Of a stretch of DNA of 64,000 nt, positions 19,839 through 30,172 are shown in pieces; within the stretch, counting starts at the first letter, position 1, and every line of letters starts with the position of its first letter. This DNA comes from a virus. Lineage: Duplodnaviria; Caudoviricetes. The notes under the pieces were generated by a model. It was not told the origin of the DNA. It saw only the letters and a list, made by a program, of their open reading frames with translations, and did no database searches. The position numbers and the translations under genes are program-made. The stretch spans positions 13,635-77,634 of the IMG/VR virus record IMGVR_UViG_2770939519_000001. The stretch is one strand, 5' to 3'.

Positions 19839-20458
19839 CCCTGTCGCCCGGCACCAGCGAACGAATCCAGACAAGCCACCGCCCGACTGTGGGCCAGGGC
19901 GACCCGTTCTCGAACATCGGGATCACCCGCGATCATCTCGGCCGCCTCCCAATGAGTCATCAACTGCGGGCAGTACAGCGCGCCGTCATCGATCAGATCA
20001 CGGCCCCAGTGCGCCCGGTATTCCCAGACGCCCTGGTGCGCGCCACCGATCGCCCCACCTCGGAAATGTCCGATCCGCCAGATCAGCCCACCGATCTCGA
20101 TCTCGTACCAACGCGAATCGTCTACGCGCGCAACCGCTGTCGCCTCACGCTCAACACGCGCCCTGGCGCTATCGAGCACGGCCGTTCCGGAAACCCCGAG
20201 CCGCTCAGCGTATTTCGCGATATCGACAATCATATCGCCCACCGCCTCACCAAGCCGCTCCCGCCCGTCGCTGTTGCTCGCGGCGTCGGCCAACCACAGC
20301 AACACATCCTCCCGGCTCCCAGCGTGACCAGTGAGGGCGGCGTATTCGATAACCGCCGCGACCGCGCCCTTCTTACCACGGCATCGACCGCAAACACAGA
20401 AGTTGGACAGTGCCACCTCGACACGATTCGTCTTCTTCGTTCGGAAATTCCACGCCAT
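19835..20458 (-). CDS. Hypothetical protein
   Basis: Protein-like composition; coupled to the next ORF. Confidence 0.55.
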   Translation of the reverse strand: MAWNFRTKKTNRVEVALSNFCVCGRCRGKKGAVAAVIEYAALTGHAGSREDVLLWLADAASNSDGRERLGEAVGDMIVDIAKYAERLGVSGTAVLDSARARVEREATAVARVDDSRWYEIEIGGLIWRIGHFRGGAIGGAHQGVWEYRAHWGRDLIDDGALYCPQLMTHWEAAEMIAGDPDVRERVALAHSRAVACLDSFAGAGRQG

Positions 20459-20684
20459 TTCTACTATCTCCATCTACCAGATGCGCCCATCTGGCGCTTT
20501 CCTATGAGCAACTTATCGATATGAGAATGCGGCGCAGCGAGTATTTACACCCCACGCAACCGCTGAAAGCACGGCTGCGGGCGGATTCGCCCGCACCCCT
20601 CGGTACGATGGGCGAGGGCTCGGATCATCTAAGCCATGATCCGAGCCCTCTACCGTCTACCGCCGGTCACAACCGGTCACGCGC

Positions 20685-22064
20685 TCACTCTCGCCAGTGA
20701 ATCGCGCCCTGCACCCGCGCCAGGTTCGGCTTCGAGCAGAGCCGATGCAGCGTACCGAGCCCACGCTGTACCGCCTCGGCATCCGCGACCGGGATGTTCT
20801 GGAACAACACAAGCTGCTTCGCGTCGGTCAACGGATTCGACAACCGCTTCGTGAGAAACCGGTTGTAGTACCGCCGCTCCCGAGTGAACACGTCCTCCGC
20901 ACTCACCGGCATCAATACACTGTCCTGACCAATACCCGCCTCGATCGAATTCACGGCGAACGCACTGAGCAACTCATCAATGGTCAGATACGCATACGTC
21001 TCGCGCCCTTCCCGAGTAAGCCACGATTCCCACACCGGCGCGCAATCTCGATCATCCCGCTCGGCCGATGCCAGGAATGCCATCAATGACACATCCGACA
21101 TCGCGTCGAACAGATCCCCGTCGATGACGTAGTGATCGGTGAACCGTTCACTCACTGCCAACAGATTCGCCCTCTGTGCCGACGACATCCAGCCCGAATC
21201 GCTCAGCGAGTAATGAACACGTTTGTGACCGAACCGAAAATCGATCCAATCCTGCGACAGCGGACCGTCCACGCTCGGATGGAAACCGAGCACACCCGAC
21301 CGCCACACGTGATCACGGAAGGTGATGTAATGCCGCTGCACCTCGCGAAACACGCCGATCGGCGCTTCGATCACCGCACAGACCCGCGTATCCACCTCGG
21401 CGAGCGGCACAATCCGCGAATTCTGCCGCACCACAACCTCATCGGCGTGATGGTGATAGGGATGCGCACCCGTCGCCAGGTAATGCGGCAGGAACATCCG
21501 CAGGAATTGCAACCACGCTTGCCTGCTGTACGACTGCACCACACGCTCATGCAGACTCGGTGCATCGACCGCGTACACATCGCGATACACGAAGTAGCCG
21601 TACGGCTGGATGACAGTCGGCAGAATCCGCATCATCGAATGCAGTCCCGTATACGCGTCCCCGTACGAGTAGATCTCATGCAACAGCGCCGACGCCGAGA
21701 CCATATCGACCGGTTCATCCAACAGTGACGCGATGTCCTGCGCCCACCCGTGAACGAGCGCACTGGAACCGATCGTATTGAACCGATCCATCGCGGTGAG
21801 CAGCGATTGCGAGACCACACCGGGTGCTTCGATCAAGGTCAGCCGCGCCGTCCGCGACCCTTCCACCAGTCGATCGGTCAAGTATTCGACTGCCGCACCG
21901 CCACCCGGGCCGATCTCGACGATATGCGGGACATCATTCTCGATCCGACTCAATGCCCGATGGACAAGCATTCCTTTCTCGTCGCCGTGATCGTTGGTGG
22001 CGACATCCAGATACACCGTCCCCGACTTCTGTTCCTGCGCAAACTGATTAGCTGCCCCGTTCAT
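20685..22064 (-). CDS. Class I SAM-dependent methyltransferase-like protein with long C-terminal extension
   Basis: IVEIGPGGG motif I, LTLIE, SALLHEIYSY; GAGGAGG RBS before ATG 22064. Confidence 0.7.
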   Translation of the reverse strand: MNGAANQFAQEQKSGTVYLDVATNDHGDEKGMLVHRALSRIENDVPHIVEIGPGGGAAVEYLTDRLVEGSRTARLTLIEAPGVVSQSLLTAMDRFNTIGSSALVHGWAQDIASLLDEPVDMVSASALLHEIYSYGDAYTGLHSMMRILPTVIQPYGYFVYRDVYAVDAPSLHERVVQSYSRQAWLQFLRMFLPHYLATGAHPYHHHADEVVVRQNSRIVPLAEVDTRVCAVIEAPIGVFREVQRHYITFRDHVWRSGVLGFHPSVDGPLSQDWIDFRFGHKRVHYSLSDSGWMSSAQRANLLAVSERFTDHYVIDGDLFDAMSDVSLMAFLASAERDDRDCAPVWESWLTREGRETYAYLTIDELLSAFAVNSIEAGIGQDSVLMPVSAEDVFTRERRYYNRFLTKRLSNPLTDAKQLVLFQNIPVADAEAVQRGLGTLHRLCSKPNLARVQGAIHWRE

Positions 22065-22626
22065 GGGGTGCCTCCTCATGAGTGAGTGGTGAGAGTTGGT
22101 CGAATCGACCTGGAACCTTCGGGAGAGCCGCGCGACCGCCACGGAAGTGGCGGATTGCGTTGTCGCGGTGCGTAGTTCGTTCACCCGATCCCCGTCGCCG
22201 CTCCGGTCGGTGCGGCGATGACACAAAGCTAGGGGACAAGATTGGCACACGTCAACTGTGAGTGATTTTGAAAAGGGTAGAGGATCCTGCGCGCGTTATC
22301 AGGCGGTGCGGGCCATCGCCAAATCATGTCGCTGACCTGCGCAAATAAGGTGATGTGACGTGCGACACATACATCGCTTCGGGGGCGAAATCATCGCGAA
22401 ACCAGGGTCATCCGGTGCATGGACTCGCGCCGAACGGGCGGGCAAAACGGTTGCCGCGCGGTCGAATTCGCGCGCCTGGATGCGGCTCGCACCTTGCTGG
22501 TTCGAGGGGTGGGGGGGAGACCTCCCCCGCGCCCGCGAGCGCGTAGCGCATGACTCGGGTGATCGCTGGATGTACGGGTTCTCGGGGGCTTCTGGGTTGG
22601 CCCCCGGTCAAAGCGTCACGGTGACG

Positions 22627-23151
22627 CTATGTCTGACGCGCTGGTTCCGCGATGATGTCCACAGTCAGGCCGAACTTCGGTGCGAAGTCGACCAGGGAGT
22701 CCAGTCGAAAGAGGTTGGGGCGCCGTGACTTCAGCTTCGAGACGGTGGTGCGAGGGAGTCCGACGCTGTCGCCGAGAGCGCCTTGGGTGAGCGGTGAGCG
22801 ATCGACCGCGACCGCAATCGCGAGGCCGAGCTCGCGGCTCATGTACCCGCTGTCGGTGTAATCGGTGTCGGCGCTTCGGTTTCGAGCTTCCAGCCAGGCG
22901 GGATCGTCGATGGAGTGCGGCTCGGTGTCCGCTCCCTCCAGGCTCATCCTTACGGTCAGGCCGAAGGGGGCGCAGTAGTTCACAAGCCGCTCGAGTGAGA
23001 AGCGGGTGACGTTCCGATCCGCGAGCCGACCGACCTCATGTCGATCAATGCCCGTGTCGAGGGCGATCTCCTGAATCTGCTCATCCTTGGCCTCGATGGC
23101 GTCTGCTATCGCATCGATCAGCTTGGTGCGAAGTTCGAGGCTGGTGGGCAT
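22627..23151 (-). CDS. Protein with two tandem XRE/HigA-like HTH domains
   Basis: Two repeats: ...RFSLERLVNYCAPFGLTV and ...LFRLDSLVDFAPKFGLTV. Confidence 0.8.
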   Translation of the reverse strand: MPTSLELRTKLIDAIADAIEAKDEQIQEIALDTGIDRHEVGRLADRNVTRFSLERLVNYCAPFGLTVRMSLEGADTEPHSIDDPAWLEARNRSADTDYTDSGYMSRELGLAIAVAVDRSPLTQGALGDSVGLPRTTVSKLKSRRPNLFRLDSLVDFAPKFGLTVDIIAEPARQT

Positions 23152-23714
23152 GTGGATGAGTGTACCGACACTGTCTCATTCACCGCAGGCGGCGTACATG
23201 TCACGCCGTCTATATCCCATGGGATGCATGGTACGGTTGGTGAGCGCCACTGTTCATGCCGCAACCCCCTGCGCCCGTGGGTTTTTCAACGGGTGGGACG
23301 CCTGACCCGCGTTGCCGTCGTGCCGTCAGAGGGCCATTCGCTTTCGTTCCCGATTCAGGGAGTCCACCTGGTAAAGGCAGACTCGGGCAGGGGCGGCCGT
23401 GGTTGGTCGCAGTGGCTTCCTGGAGTGACCCAGTCCTGGGGCTCCGAGTAATTTCCGTGGGCCCGTTGTCCGACGAAGCGATCCGATCCGACCGACCGGG
23501 CGTGTGCACGTGGGGTGATCCGTAGCCGAGCGGTTACGGGGTTACCCTGCCTGGCTCCCCTTCACGCTCTCTCCCGAGCGGGAGGGCCTGGTTGGCGAGG
23601 TGGTTGATCTTGATAGATGGAAGCCGCTGAGTATCAATGGGATTCGAACAATTGATCTGGTTGCGGCCATAGGGCGCTGGGAGAATCGGTGGAGGTGCTT
23701 CAGGTGGTGGTGTC

Positions 23715-24020
23715 GTGACGTGGGGTTCCGGCGGTACGCGTGCGGTGAGTGCGCTGCATCGGCGGAATCGGCCGTTGGTGTTGGCGCGGGACGGATTTCA
23801 GTGTCGGCTTCGGTTTTCGGGGTGCGCGGGTGATGCGGTCGAAGTGGACCACATCGTGAACCATGCGCGGGGTGGGTCGGATGAGATCGACAACCTCCAG
23901 GCGGTGTGCGCGCCATGTCATCGGAAGAAGACCGGATCGGAGTCCGCGCAGGCGCGGGCCGAGGTGAAACATGCGGCACGGCATCCGAATTCGTTGTTGA
24001 AGCACCCCGGATACAAGTGA
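23715..24020 (+). CDS. HNH endonuclease (terminase-associated)
   Basis: RDGFQC...EVDHIV...NLQAVCAPCHRKKT. Confidence 0.9.
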   Translation: MTWGSGGTRAVSALHRRNRPLVLARDGFQCRLRFSGCAGDAVEVDHIVNHARGGSDEIDNLQAVCAPCHRKKTGSESAQARAEVKHAARHPNSLLKHPGYK

Positions 24021-24027
24021 GGTAGCA

Positions 24028-24129
24028 ATGTCGGTCGATGTTGACAATGTGATCGTCGTGGGCCAGGCCCTGGTCACGGTTCTCGGTGTGATCGTGAAGG
24101 TCCTGCCGATCGTGCTGGGCTGGTTCTGA
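24028..24129 (+). CDS. 33-aa single-TM peptide (MSVDVDNVIVVGQALVTVLGVIVKVLPIVLGWF)
   Basis: GAGGT RBS; ATG to TGA between HNH and terS; not in the ORF track. Confidence 0.55.
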   Translation: MSVDVDNVIVVGQALVTVLGVIVKVLPIVLGWF

Positions 24130-24137
24130 TCATCTTG

Positions 24138-24171
24138 CACCCACCCGCGGTATCGATACCGTGGGTGGGTG
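24138..24171. terminator. 34-bp near-perfect palindrome
   Basis: CACCCACCCGCGGTATCGATACCGTGGGTGGGTG; one G.T pair. Confidence 0.65.
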
Positions 24172-24311
24172 GCAGGGGTGCGTCTGCCTGCCCGCGTGTG
24201 CGATGCGGGTGAGAACAACGCGCGAGATTTGAATGCCGGTGTATCGCAATGTGATCCGTCAGGGGCCCTGTTGTGTCCGGCGAGCGGACCCGACACGGGA
24301 GTGACTTGGAT

Positions 24312-24782
24312 ATGGCTGGACGTAGGAGTGGTCCGCCGCCGAAATCGCCGGAGGAGCGGGCGCGACGCAATGTCGATCCGCTGGTCGGCGCGGATGGGTG
24401 GACCGAGATCGGTTCGACGCCGTTCACGGGTGAGGTGCCCGAGATCCCCGAGTGGATCGAGGTGGGGCCGACGGGTCGCGCTGTCTACGAACATCTTTCG
24501 CGGTTACCGCAGGCGGCGATGTACGGCCCGGGTACCTGGTTTCAGTTGCATATGACGCTCCCGCTCATCGAGCGGTATCTGACGCGTCCGGGTTCGGAGA
24601 ACTACAAGGCCATCACGACGACTCTCGGAGCGGCGCTGCGCCTTACCGAGGACGATCTGGCGCGCGCCCGGGTGCGGGTCGCGGCGCCGGTGACCGAGGA
24701 GGACGCCTCGCCCGAGCAGCGGGCCCGCAGTGCGCGGGTGGCGTCGCTGGCGGATCGTCGCAAGCGGCTGATGGCTGGTTGA
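24312..24782 (+). CDS. terS: Terminase small subunit
   Basis: MAGRRSGPPPKSPEERARRN N-terminus typical of actinophage TerS; position. Confidence 0.75.
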   Translation: MAGRRSGPPPKSPEERARRNVDPLVGADGWTEIGSTPFTGEVPEIPEWIEVGPTGRAVYEHLSRLPQAAMYGPGTWFQLHMTLPLIERYLTRPGSENYKAITTTLGAALRLTEDDLARARVRVAAPVTEEDASPEQRARSARVASLADRRKRLMAG

Positions 24783-24803
24783 TGGCCGAGGACCGGAGCC
24801 GCG

Positions 24804-26525
24804 ATGCCGGTTGAAGTCGTCAAGCCTCGCCGTTCCTCGCGCAGTTGTTCGCTGGGTTGGCTGGCGATCAATTGGATCGAGAGTTTGGTTGTGCACGGCG
24901 CGGGTGACGTGGTCGGTATGCCGGTGGAGCTGATCGATGATCAGGCCGCGTTTCTGCTCGACACGTATGCCCTTGCCGCGCCCGGTGAGCCGGATGAGGG
25001 TCGACGCTTGGTCGACGAGGTGTTGATGCTGGCTCCCAAGGGTGCGGACAAGTCCGGTCTCGCCGCGCGAATGCTGATGTGGGAGGCCATCGGGCCGTCG
25101 CGATTCGACGGGTGGGCCAAGGGTGGTGAGGTCTATCGGGATCCGTGGGGCCTCGGCTTCGAATACGAATTCCAGCCGGGTGAGCCGCTCGGGCGTCCGG
25201 TGGACAATCCGTTCATCCGGTGCCTGGCGACGGCGGCGGATCAGTCGTCGAATACCTATGAATCCATCCTGTACAACTTCCGTGACGGTCCACTGTCGGA
25301 GGCGATGCGTCGCCGGGACAATGCCGGTATCACGCGGATCGTGCTGCCCGAGGGCGGGGAGATCATCCCGTCGACCGCGTCGGGCTCGTCGAAGGATGGT
25401 GGCCGCGAGACCGCGGCGAATGCGGACGAGACCCATCTGTATGTGCTGCCCGAGTTGAAGAATATGTTCCGGGTGGTGAACCGCAATCTGCGCAAGCGTG
25501 CGAAATTCGCTGAGCCGCTGATGATTGCGACGTCGACCTACTACGATCCCGCCGACGGGTCGATCTGTCAGGAGCAGCACGAGCTGGCGCTGAAGATCCG
25601 GGCGGGAAAGGTCAAGAACGACCGGTTGCTGCTGCACTATCGGTACGGCGATATCGAGCCCGCCGATCTGGGCGATACTCCGAAGCTGCGCGCGGCGCTG
25701 GCGGAGGCCTATGGCGGCGCGGCGAAGTGGATGGATCTGGATGCGCTGGTCACCGAGGTGCAGGATCCGCGTAATCCGGTCGAGGCGTCGTATCGGTACT
25801 TTCTGAATTCACCGTCGACGGCGTCGAATGCGTGGTTGTCGCCCTGGGAATGGGCGCGCTGCGGACCGATCGACGATGATCTCGACACGCACCGGCGGAT
25901 CGAGCCGGGTGATGTGATCGTGCTGGGTTTCGACGGTTCTCGTAAACGCAAGCGCGGCATTACCGATTCGACGGCTCTGATCGGTTGTCGGGTGTCGGAC
26001 GGTTGTTTGTTCGAGGTCAAGGTGTGGGAGCAGCCGCCGGGGCATCATCCCGATGGCTGGGAGGTCGATACGACCGCGGTCGACGCGGCGGTCGAGCAGG
26101 CGTTTCGCACCTACAACGTCGTCGGTTTCTACGCCGATCCGGCGCTGTGGGAAACCTATGTAGCCAAGTGGGAGGCGAAGTACGGGGCGAGATTGCTGGT
26201 GAAGTCCACGCAGCCGCATCCGATCGAATGGTGGATGACCGGCGCGCGGGCATTCAAAACCGTTGAGGCGCTGCGCAAGTTCCAGGACGCGGTGCTCGAT
26301 GGCGAGCTGTGTCACGACGGTTCGCCGATCCTTACCCAGCATGTACTCAATGCGCGGCGGTTCGCTTCCACCAAGGGTGTGCAGATTCGCAAGGAGCATC
26401 CGGATTCGGCGAACAAGATCGATGCCGCCGTCGCGGCCACGCTGGCGTGGCAGGCCCGGCTCGACGCGGTCGCCAAGGGTATCGGCGGGAAGAAGCGCAA
26501 ACGGATCGCGGTTCGAGTCCGCTAG
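24804..26525 (+). CDS. terL: Terminase large subunit
   Basis: PKGADKSG Walker A, ADETH Walker B, VLGFDGS nuclease, KIDAAVA. Confidence 0.95.
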   Translation: MPVEVVKPRRSSRSCSLGWLAINWIESLVVHGAGDVVGMPVELIDDQAAFLLDTYALAAPGEPDEGRRLVDEVLMLAPKGADKSGLAARMLMWEAIGPSRFDGWAKGGEVYRDPWGLGFEYEFQPGEPLGRPVDNPFIRCLATAADQSSNTYESILYNFRDGPLSEAMRRRDNAGITRIVLPEGGEIIPSTASGSSKDGGRETAANADETHLYVLPELKNMFRVVNRNLRKRAKFAEPLMIATSTYYDPADGSICQEQHELALKIRAGKVKNDRLLLHYRYGDIEPADLGDTPKLRAALAEAYGGAAKWMDLDALVTEVQDPRNPVEASYRYFLNSPSTASNAWLSPWEWARCGPIDDDLDTHRRIEPGDVIVLGFDGSRKRKRGITDSTALIGCRVSDGCLFEVKVWEQPPGHHPDGWEVDTTAVDAAVEQAFRTYNVVGFYADPALWETYVAKWEAKYGARLLVKSTQPHPIEWWMTGARAFKTVEALRKFQDAVLDGELCHDGSPILTQHVLNARRFASTKGVQIRKEHPDSANKIDAAVAATLAWQARLDAVAKGIGGKKRKRIAVRVR

Positions 26526-26545
26526 AGCGAAAGAACAACTGAACA

Positions 26546-28063
26546 ATGGCTGGTCAGCAGCAGAAACAGCAGCCGCCCGAGTGGTGGTTCGAGTATTTGA
26601 TGAAGCGGTTCAACGAGAAGCTGGAGCGTAAGCCGCGGGTTGTGACCTCCCATACGCCCACGACGCGGCGGGAACGGTTGGCGCTGCTGTGGTCGTATTA
26701 CATCGGCGACGCGCCGTTGCCGTACATCAATGAGAAGTATCGCGAGACGTTCCGGGAGCTACTGCGTAAGGCGCGCCCCAATTACGCGATGATGGCGATC
26801 GACGCGATGGCCGATCGTTCGGTGCTCAAGGGCATCTACACCGATCCGGACAAGGATCTGGACGGCGACGATATCGCGCGCAATGTGATGAATGTGTCGG
26901 GTTTCGCCGCGCTGCAACGGGATATGCAGACCTACCTGTACACGCTGGGTGAAAGCTACGTCACCATCGTGCCGCCGCTGCCGGGCGCCGCGGCGGGGTC
27001 GGTGCCGATGCTGCTGGCCGAGGATCCGCGGTTCTGTGTGGGTGAGGTGGATCCGTTGAATCCGCGGCATCTGGTCGCATTCGTGAAGGTGTTCAACGAC
27101 AAGATCAATAATCGGCAGCAGGCGATTCTGTTCGTCCCGGGGCAGCAGCACACCTTCGTCCGCGAGCCCGGCCAGTTCACCGAGCAGTTCACCCTCGACC
27201 AGTGGACCAAGACCGATTCGGCGAGCCTGTCCGGGCTGGACGATTTCGGCGGCGTGCCGGTGGTGAAGTTCACCAACAAGATGGGGCTGGGGGAGTTCGA
27301 ACCGTATATCGATCTGCTGGATCGCATCTCCGACGGCATTCTGAACCGGATGGTCATCACCTGGTATCAGTCCTTCAAGCAGCGGGCCATCAAAGGCGAT
27401 CTGGATGGCGGCGCGGATTTCAGCGACGATTCCGATTCGCTGATCAGAGATCTGTCCGACGCGCATCTGTCGGATGTATTCGAGGCCGATCCGGGCAGTC
27501 TGTGGATTGTGCCGCCGGATGTGGAGTTCTGGGAATCCAGTGCCACCGATCTGCAGCCGCTGCTGCTGGCGGTGCGTGATGACGTAAAGGAATTCGCCTC
27601 GTGCACAAGGATTCCCATGCACATGATGGCTCCGGATGGCGCCAATCAGACCGCCGAGGGTGCGGCGATGGCCCGCGAGGGGTTGACCGACAAGATCGAG
27701 GATCGGCAGAGCCGTCAGGACCCGCAGTGGATTCTGCTGTGGCAGATGGTGTTCGGGTTGTCCGGACAGGCGGGGCGGACGGCGAATGTGCGGATCCAGT
27801 GGGGGCCGACCGAACGGGTTCCGATGGCGTCGCGGACCGATGCGGCGAGTAAGACGCGTGGGATTCTGTCGCGCAAGCGGCAGGTGGTGGACATTCTGGG
27901 CTTCGACCCGGTGGTCGCGAAGTTGAACGAGACCGAACTGCTGGAAGAGGCCATGGCCTCCGAATCCGCCGCGTCGCCGCTGCCCGATCTGTCGGCCGGT
28001 GCCGCGCCGACCGTGGAGAATCCGGGGGCCGAGGACGAGCAGACGGTGGAGACGGCCCGATGA
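26546..28063 (+). CDS. Portal protein
   Basis: Follows terL; 505 aa; YYIGDAPLP and SFKQRAIKG features of SPP1 gp6-like portals. Confidence 0.9.
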   Translation: MAGQQQKQQPPEWWFEYLMKRFNEKLERKPRVVTSHTPTTRRERLALLWSYYIGDAPLPYINEKYRETFRELLRKARPNYAMMAIDAMADRSVLKGIYTDPDKDLDGDDIARNVMNVSGFAALQRDMQTYLYTLGESYVTIVPPLPGAAAGSVPMLLAEDPRFCVGEVDPLNPRHLVAFVKVFNDKINNRQQAILFVPGQQHTFVREPGQFTEQFTLDQWTKTDSASLSGLDDFGGVPVVKFTNKMGLGEFEPYIDLLDRISDGILNRMVITWYQSFKQRAIKGDLDGGADFSDDSDSLIRDLSDAHLSDVFEADPGSLWIVPPDVEFWESSATDLQPLLLAVRDDVKEFASCTRIPMHMMAPDGANQTAEGAAMAREGLTDKIEDRQSRQDPQWILLWQMVFGLSGQAGRTANVRIQWGPTERVPMASRTDAASKTRGILSRKRQVVDILGFDPVVAKLNETELLEEAMASESAASPLPDLSAGAAPTVENPGAEDEQTVETAR

Positions 28064-28380
28064 TCTCCGACGGCCACCACACCTTCGCCGAGCTCTACGA
28101 ATACCGAATGCTGTACAACGCGCTGCTGTTCAACGAATGGGCGGCCACGGGCAGCCACGATGTGCACAAGAGTCTGCGCCACAGCGACGGCGAATTATGT
28201 CTGGGCGGTGGCTGGTTCATTGTCGTGGCCACCTTGCCGGGCGGCCAGATCAGCAACCACTACCCCGTCGAGCATTGGGGCAAGTTCCGAATCCCGCCGC
28301 GGGATGTGGCCGCCGAATGGGACGGGCACACCTGCGGCGACGCGGCCGCGCGAATGACCCGACTGCTGACGGCGGCGTGA
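28060..28380 (+). CDS. WDGH-motif phage protein
   Basis: SDGHHTFAELY...GQISNHY...EWDGHT. Confidence 0.75.
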   Translation: MISDGHHTFAELYEYRMLYNALLFNEWAATGSHDVHKSLRHSDGELCLGGGWFIVVATLPGGQISNHYPVEHWGKFRIPPRDVAAEWDGHTCGDAAARMTRLLTAA

Positions 28381-29399
28381 TGCTGGCGGGTCTGCTGCTG
28401 TCGCATTCGCGACGCAGACATCTGCTCCTGTTGGACGCGCAGGATCGGGTTCAGGCGCGCTGGCGAATGACCGATCCGTCCGACGGCTTCGCGGTAGAAG
28501 CATTTTCGCACGACGCCGCGCGAGTATCGATCGCGACTCAACGCCGCGCGGTCTCGCTGGTGTCGGCGGTCCAGCGCCGCTACCTGCACGAAATGGGTAC
28601 CGAAATAGGCGATTTCATACCCGAGGTGCCCGACGAGGTACGCCTGTACTCCACCACCCGACCCTACCGATACGCCGAGCCGAGACTGGTTCGCACGAGT
28701 GCCGGTGTGTCACAGCGCCTGCCGGTGACCGAGGTATGGAACCGGCCGGCGCGGCGCTACCGGCGGATGCTGGAGGATGGCCGCGACCCGAACGAAGCTC
28801 TGGACGTCACCGCCGCCCGTGTGAAAATGGAACTGGCTATGAACGTCGCCCTAGCAGAGCGGGAGGCGGAATCGCAGATCATCGGTCGTGCGGGCAGGGT
28901 CGATCCGGAGGTGATCGGCTGGCGGCGAGTAATTCGCCCCGAGCTCGCCAGGACCGGGAGTTGCGGATTGTGCGTCGCCGCGTCGGATCGGATCTATCGA
29001 ACCGACGAGTTGAAGCCGCTGCACACCGGGTGCAACTGCGCCGTGCTGCCGGTGAAGCACGGTTCGGATCCGGGGCGCTCGCTCAATCGCGAGGACCTCG
29101 ACCGGATCTACGGCGATGCGGGCGGTACGGCGGCAGAACTGTTGCACCGCACCAAATATCGCGTCGACGAGCACGGCGAACTGCAGGCGCTGCTGGTACC
29201 CGTCCGCCGCGGCGAACCGGTGCCACGGTTGCGAGGCGCGATCGCCGACGACGCGACGCCGAATACGCACAGGCAGTTGTCGATCATGCGGAAACTGCTG
29301 GCGGCGACGCAGCGCGAGGGGCTGGCCGCCGATGATCCGCGGCTGTTGTGGCAGCGGGGGCAGGTGCGGCGCTATGAGCGCATCGTATCGGCGGCGTAG
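28377..29399 (+). CDS. Minor capsid / capsid maturation protein (MuF-like)
   Basis: WRRVIRPE...CGLCVAASDRIY...LHTGCNC; position after portal. Confidence 0.8.
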   Translation: MMLAGLLLSHSRRRHLLLLDAQDRVQARWRMTDPSDGFAVEAFSHDAARVSIATQRRAVSLVSAVQRRYLHEMGTEIGDFIPEVPDEVRLYSTTRPYRYAEPRLVRTSAGVSQRLPVTEVWNRPARRYRRMLEDGRDPNEALDVTAARVKMELAMNVALAEREAESQIIGRAGRVDPEVIGWRRVIRPELARTGSCGLCVAASDRIYRTDELKPLHTGCNCAVLPVKHGSDPGRSLNREDLDRIYGDAGGTAAELLHRTKYRVDEHGELQALLVPVRRGEPVPRLRGAIADDATPNTHRQLSIMRKLLAATQREGLAADDPRLLWQRGQVRRYERIVSAA

Positions 29400-29506
29400 A
29401 GACTTCCCACCCCGATTCGGGGGCGGACGAGCAGGGCCGAACCCGGCATGGGCGAGACCTGACTGAAATACCGAATTCATTACCCGGCAAGGGATCACAA
29501 CTGACT

Positions 29507-30157
29507 ATGAGCAACCAGCACGCCGCAATCGAGGACACCGTCACCGAGGCCGAGGATTTCGTCGACGGCGACGAGGCCACCGACGCCGCGGGGGAGCAGG
29601 AGCTGAACCGCTACGGCTACCCCGACGCCACCCCGTTGACCGAGATGAGCATCGAACAGCAGGCGGCGTACTGGAAGCACAAGGCGCGCGTGCACGAACA
29701 GCGGTCCAAGTCCAAGCAGGCCGGTCACACCCCCGAAGAGGTGCAGGCCCTGCGTGAGGAGCTCGAAGCGCTGCGCAGCGCACAGCTGTCGGAATCCGAA
29801 CGCGCACACGCCGACGCGGTCGAAACGGCCCGCATCGCCGGTCGCGATGAGGCCCGCGCGCAGCTGATGCCGCTGGTTCAGGAGGCGCAGCTGCGCGGTT
29901 ACGCCTCCACCGTGATCAAGGGCGCCCGCCTGGACGGCTGGGTCGCGACGGTCAACGTGACCGCGTTCTGCGCCGAGGACGGCAGTGTCGACGGCGCGAA
30001 GGTGGTCGAACACCTGCGGACCCAGTACGGCGAGGAACCCGCGACGCCGAGCACCTACCCGAACTTCGGGCAGGGATCGTCCGGCGCGCATCCGGAGAAG
30101 TCGACCAAGTCCGACGGCCTGGCCGAGGCGCGACGCCGATTCACCAAGGCCGCCTAA
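29507..30157 (+). CDS. Scaffolding protein
   Basis: Acidic, coiled-coil, YWKHKARVHE; position before capsid. Confidence 0.8.
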   Translation: MSNQHAAIEDTVTEAEDFVDGDEATDAAGEQELNRYGYPDATPLTEMSIEQQAAYWKHKARVHEQRSKSKQAGHTPEEVQALREELEALRSAQLSESERAHADAVETARIAGRDEARAQLMPLVQEAQLRGYASTVIKGARLDGWVATVNVTAFCAEDGSVDGAKVVEHLRTQYGEEPATPSTYPNFGQGSSGAHPEKSTKSDGLAEARRRFTKAA

Positions 30158-30172
30158 CTGTTTGGAGCATCC

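Noticed and set aside
23644-23659. Second LexA box (TCGAACAATTGATCTG)
   Set aside because: The right half-site has three mismatches
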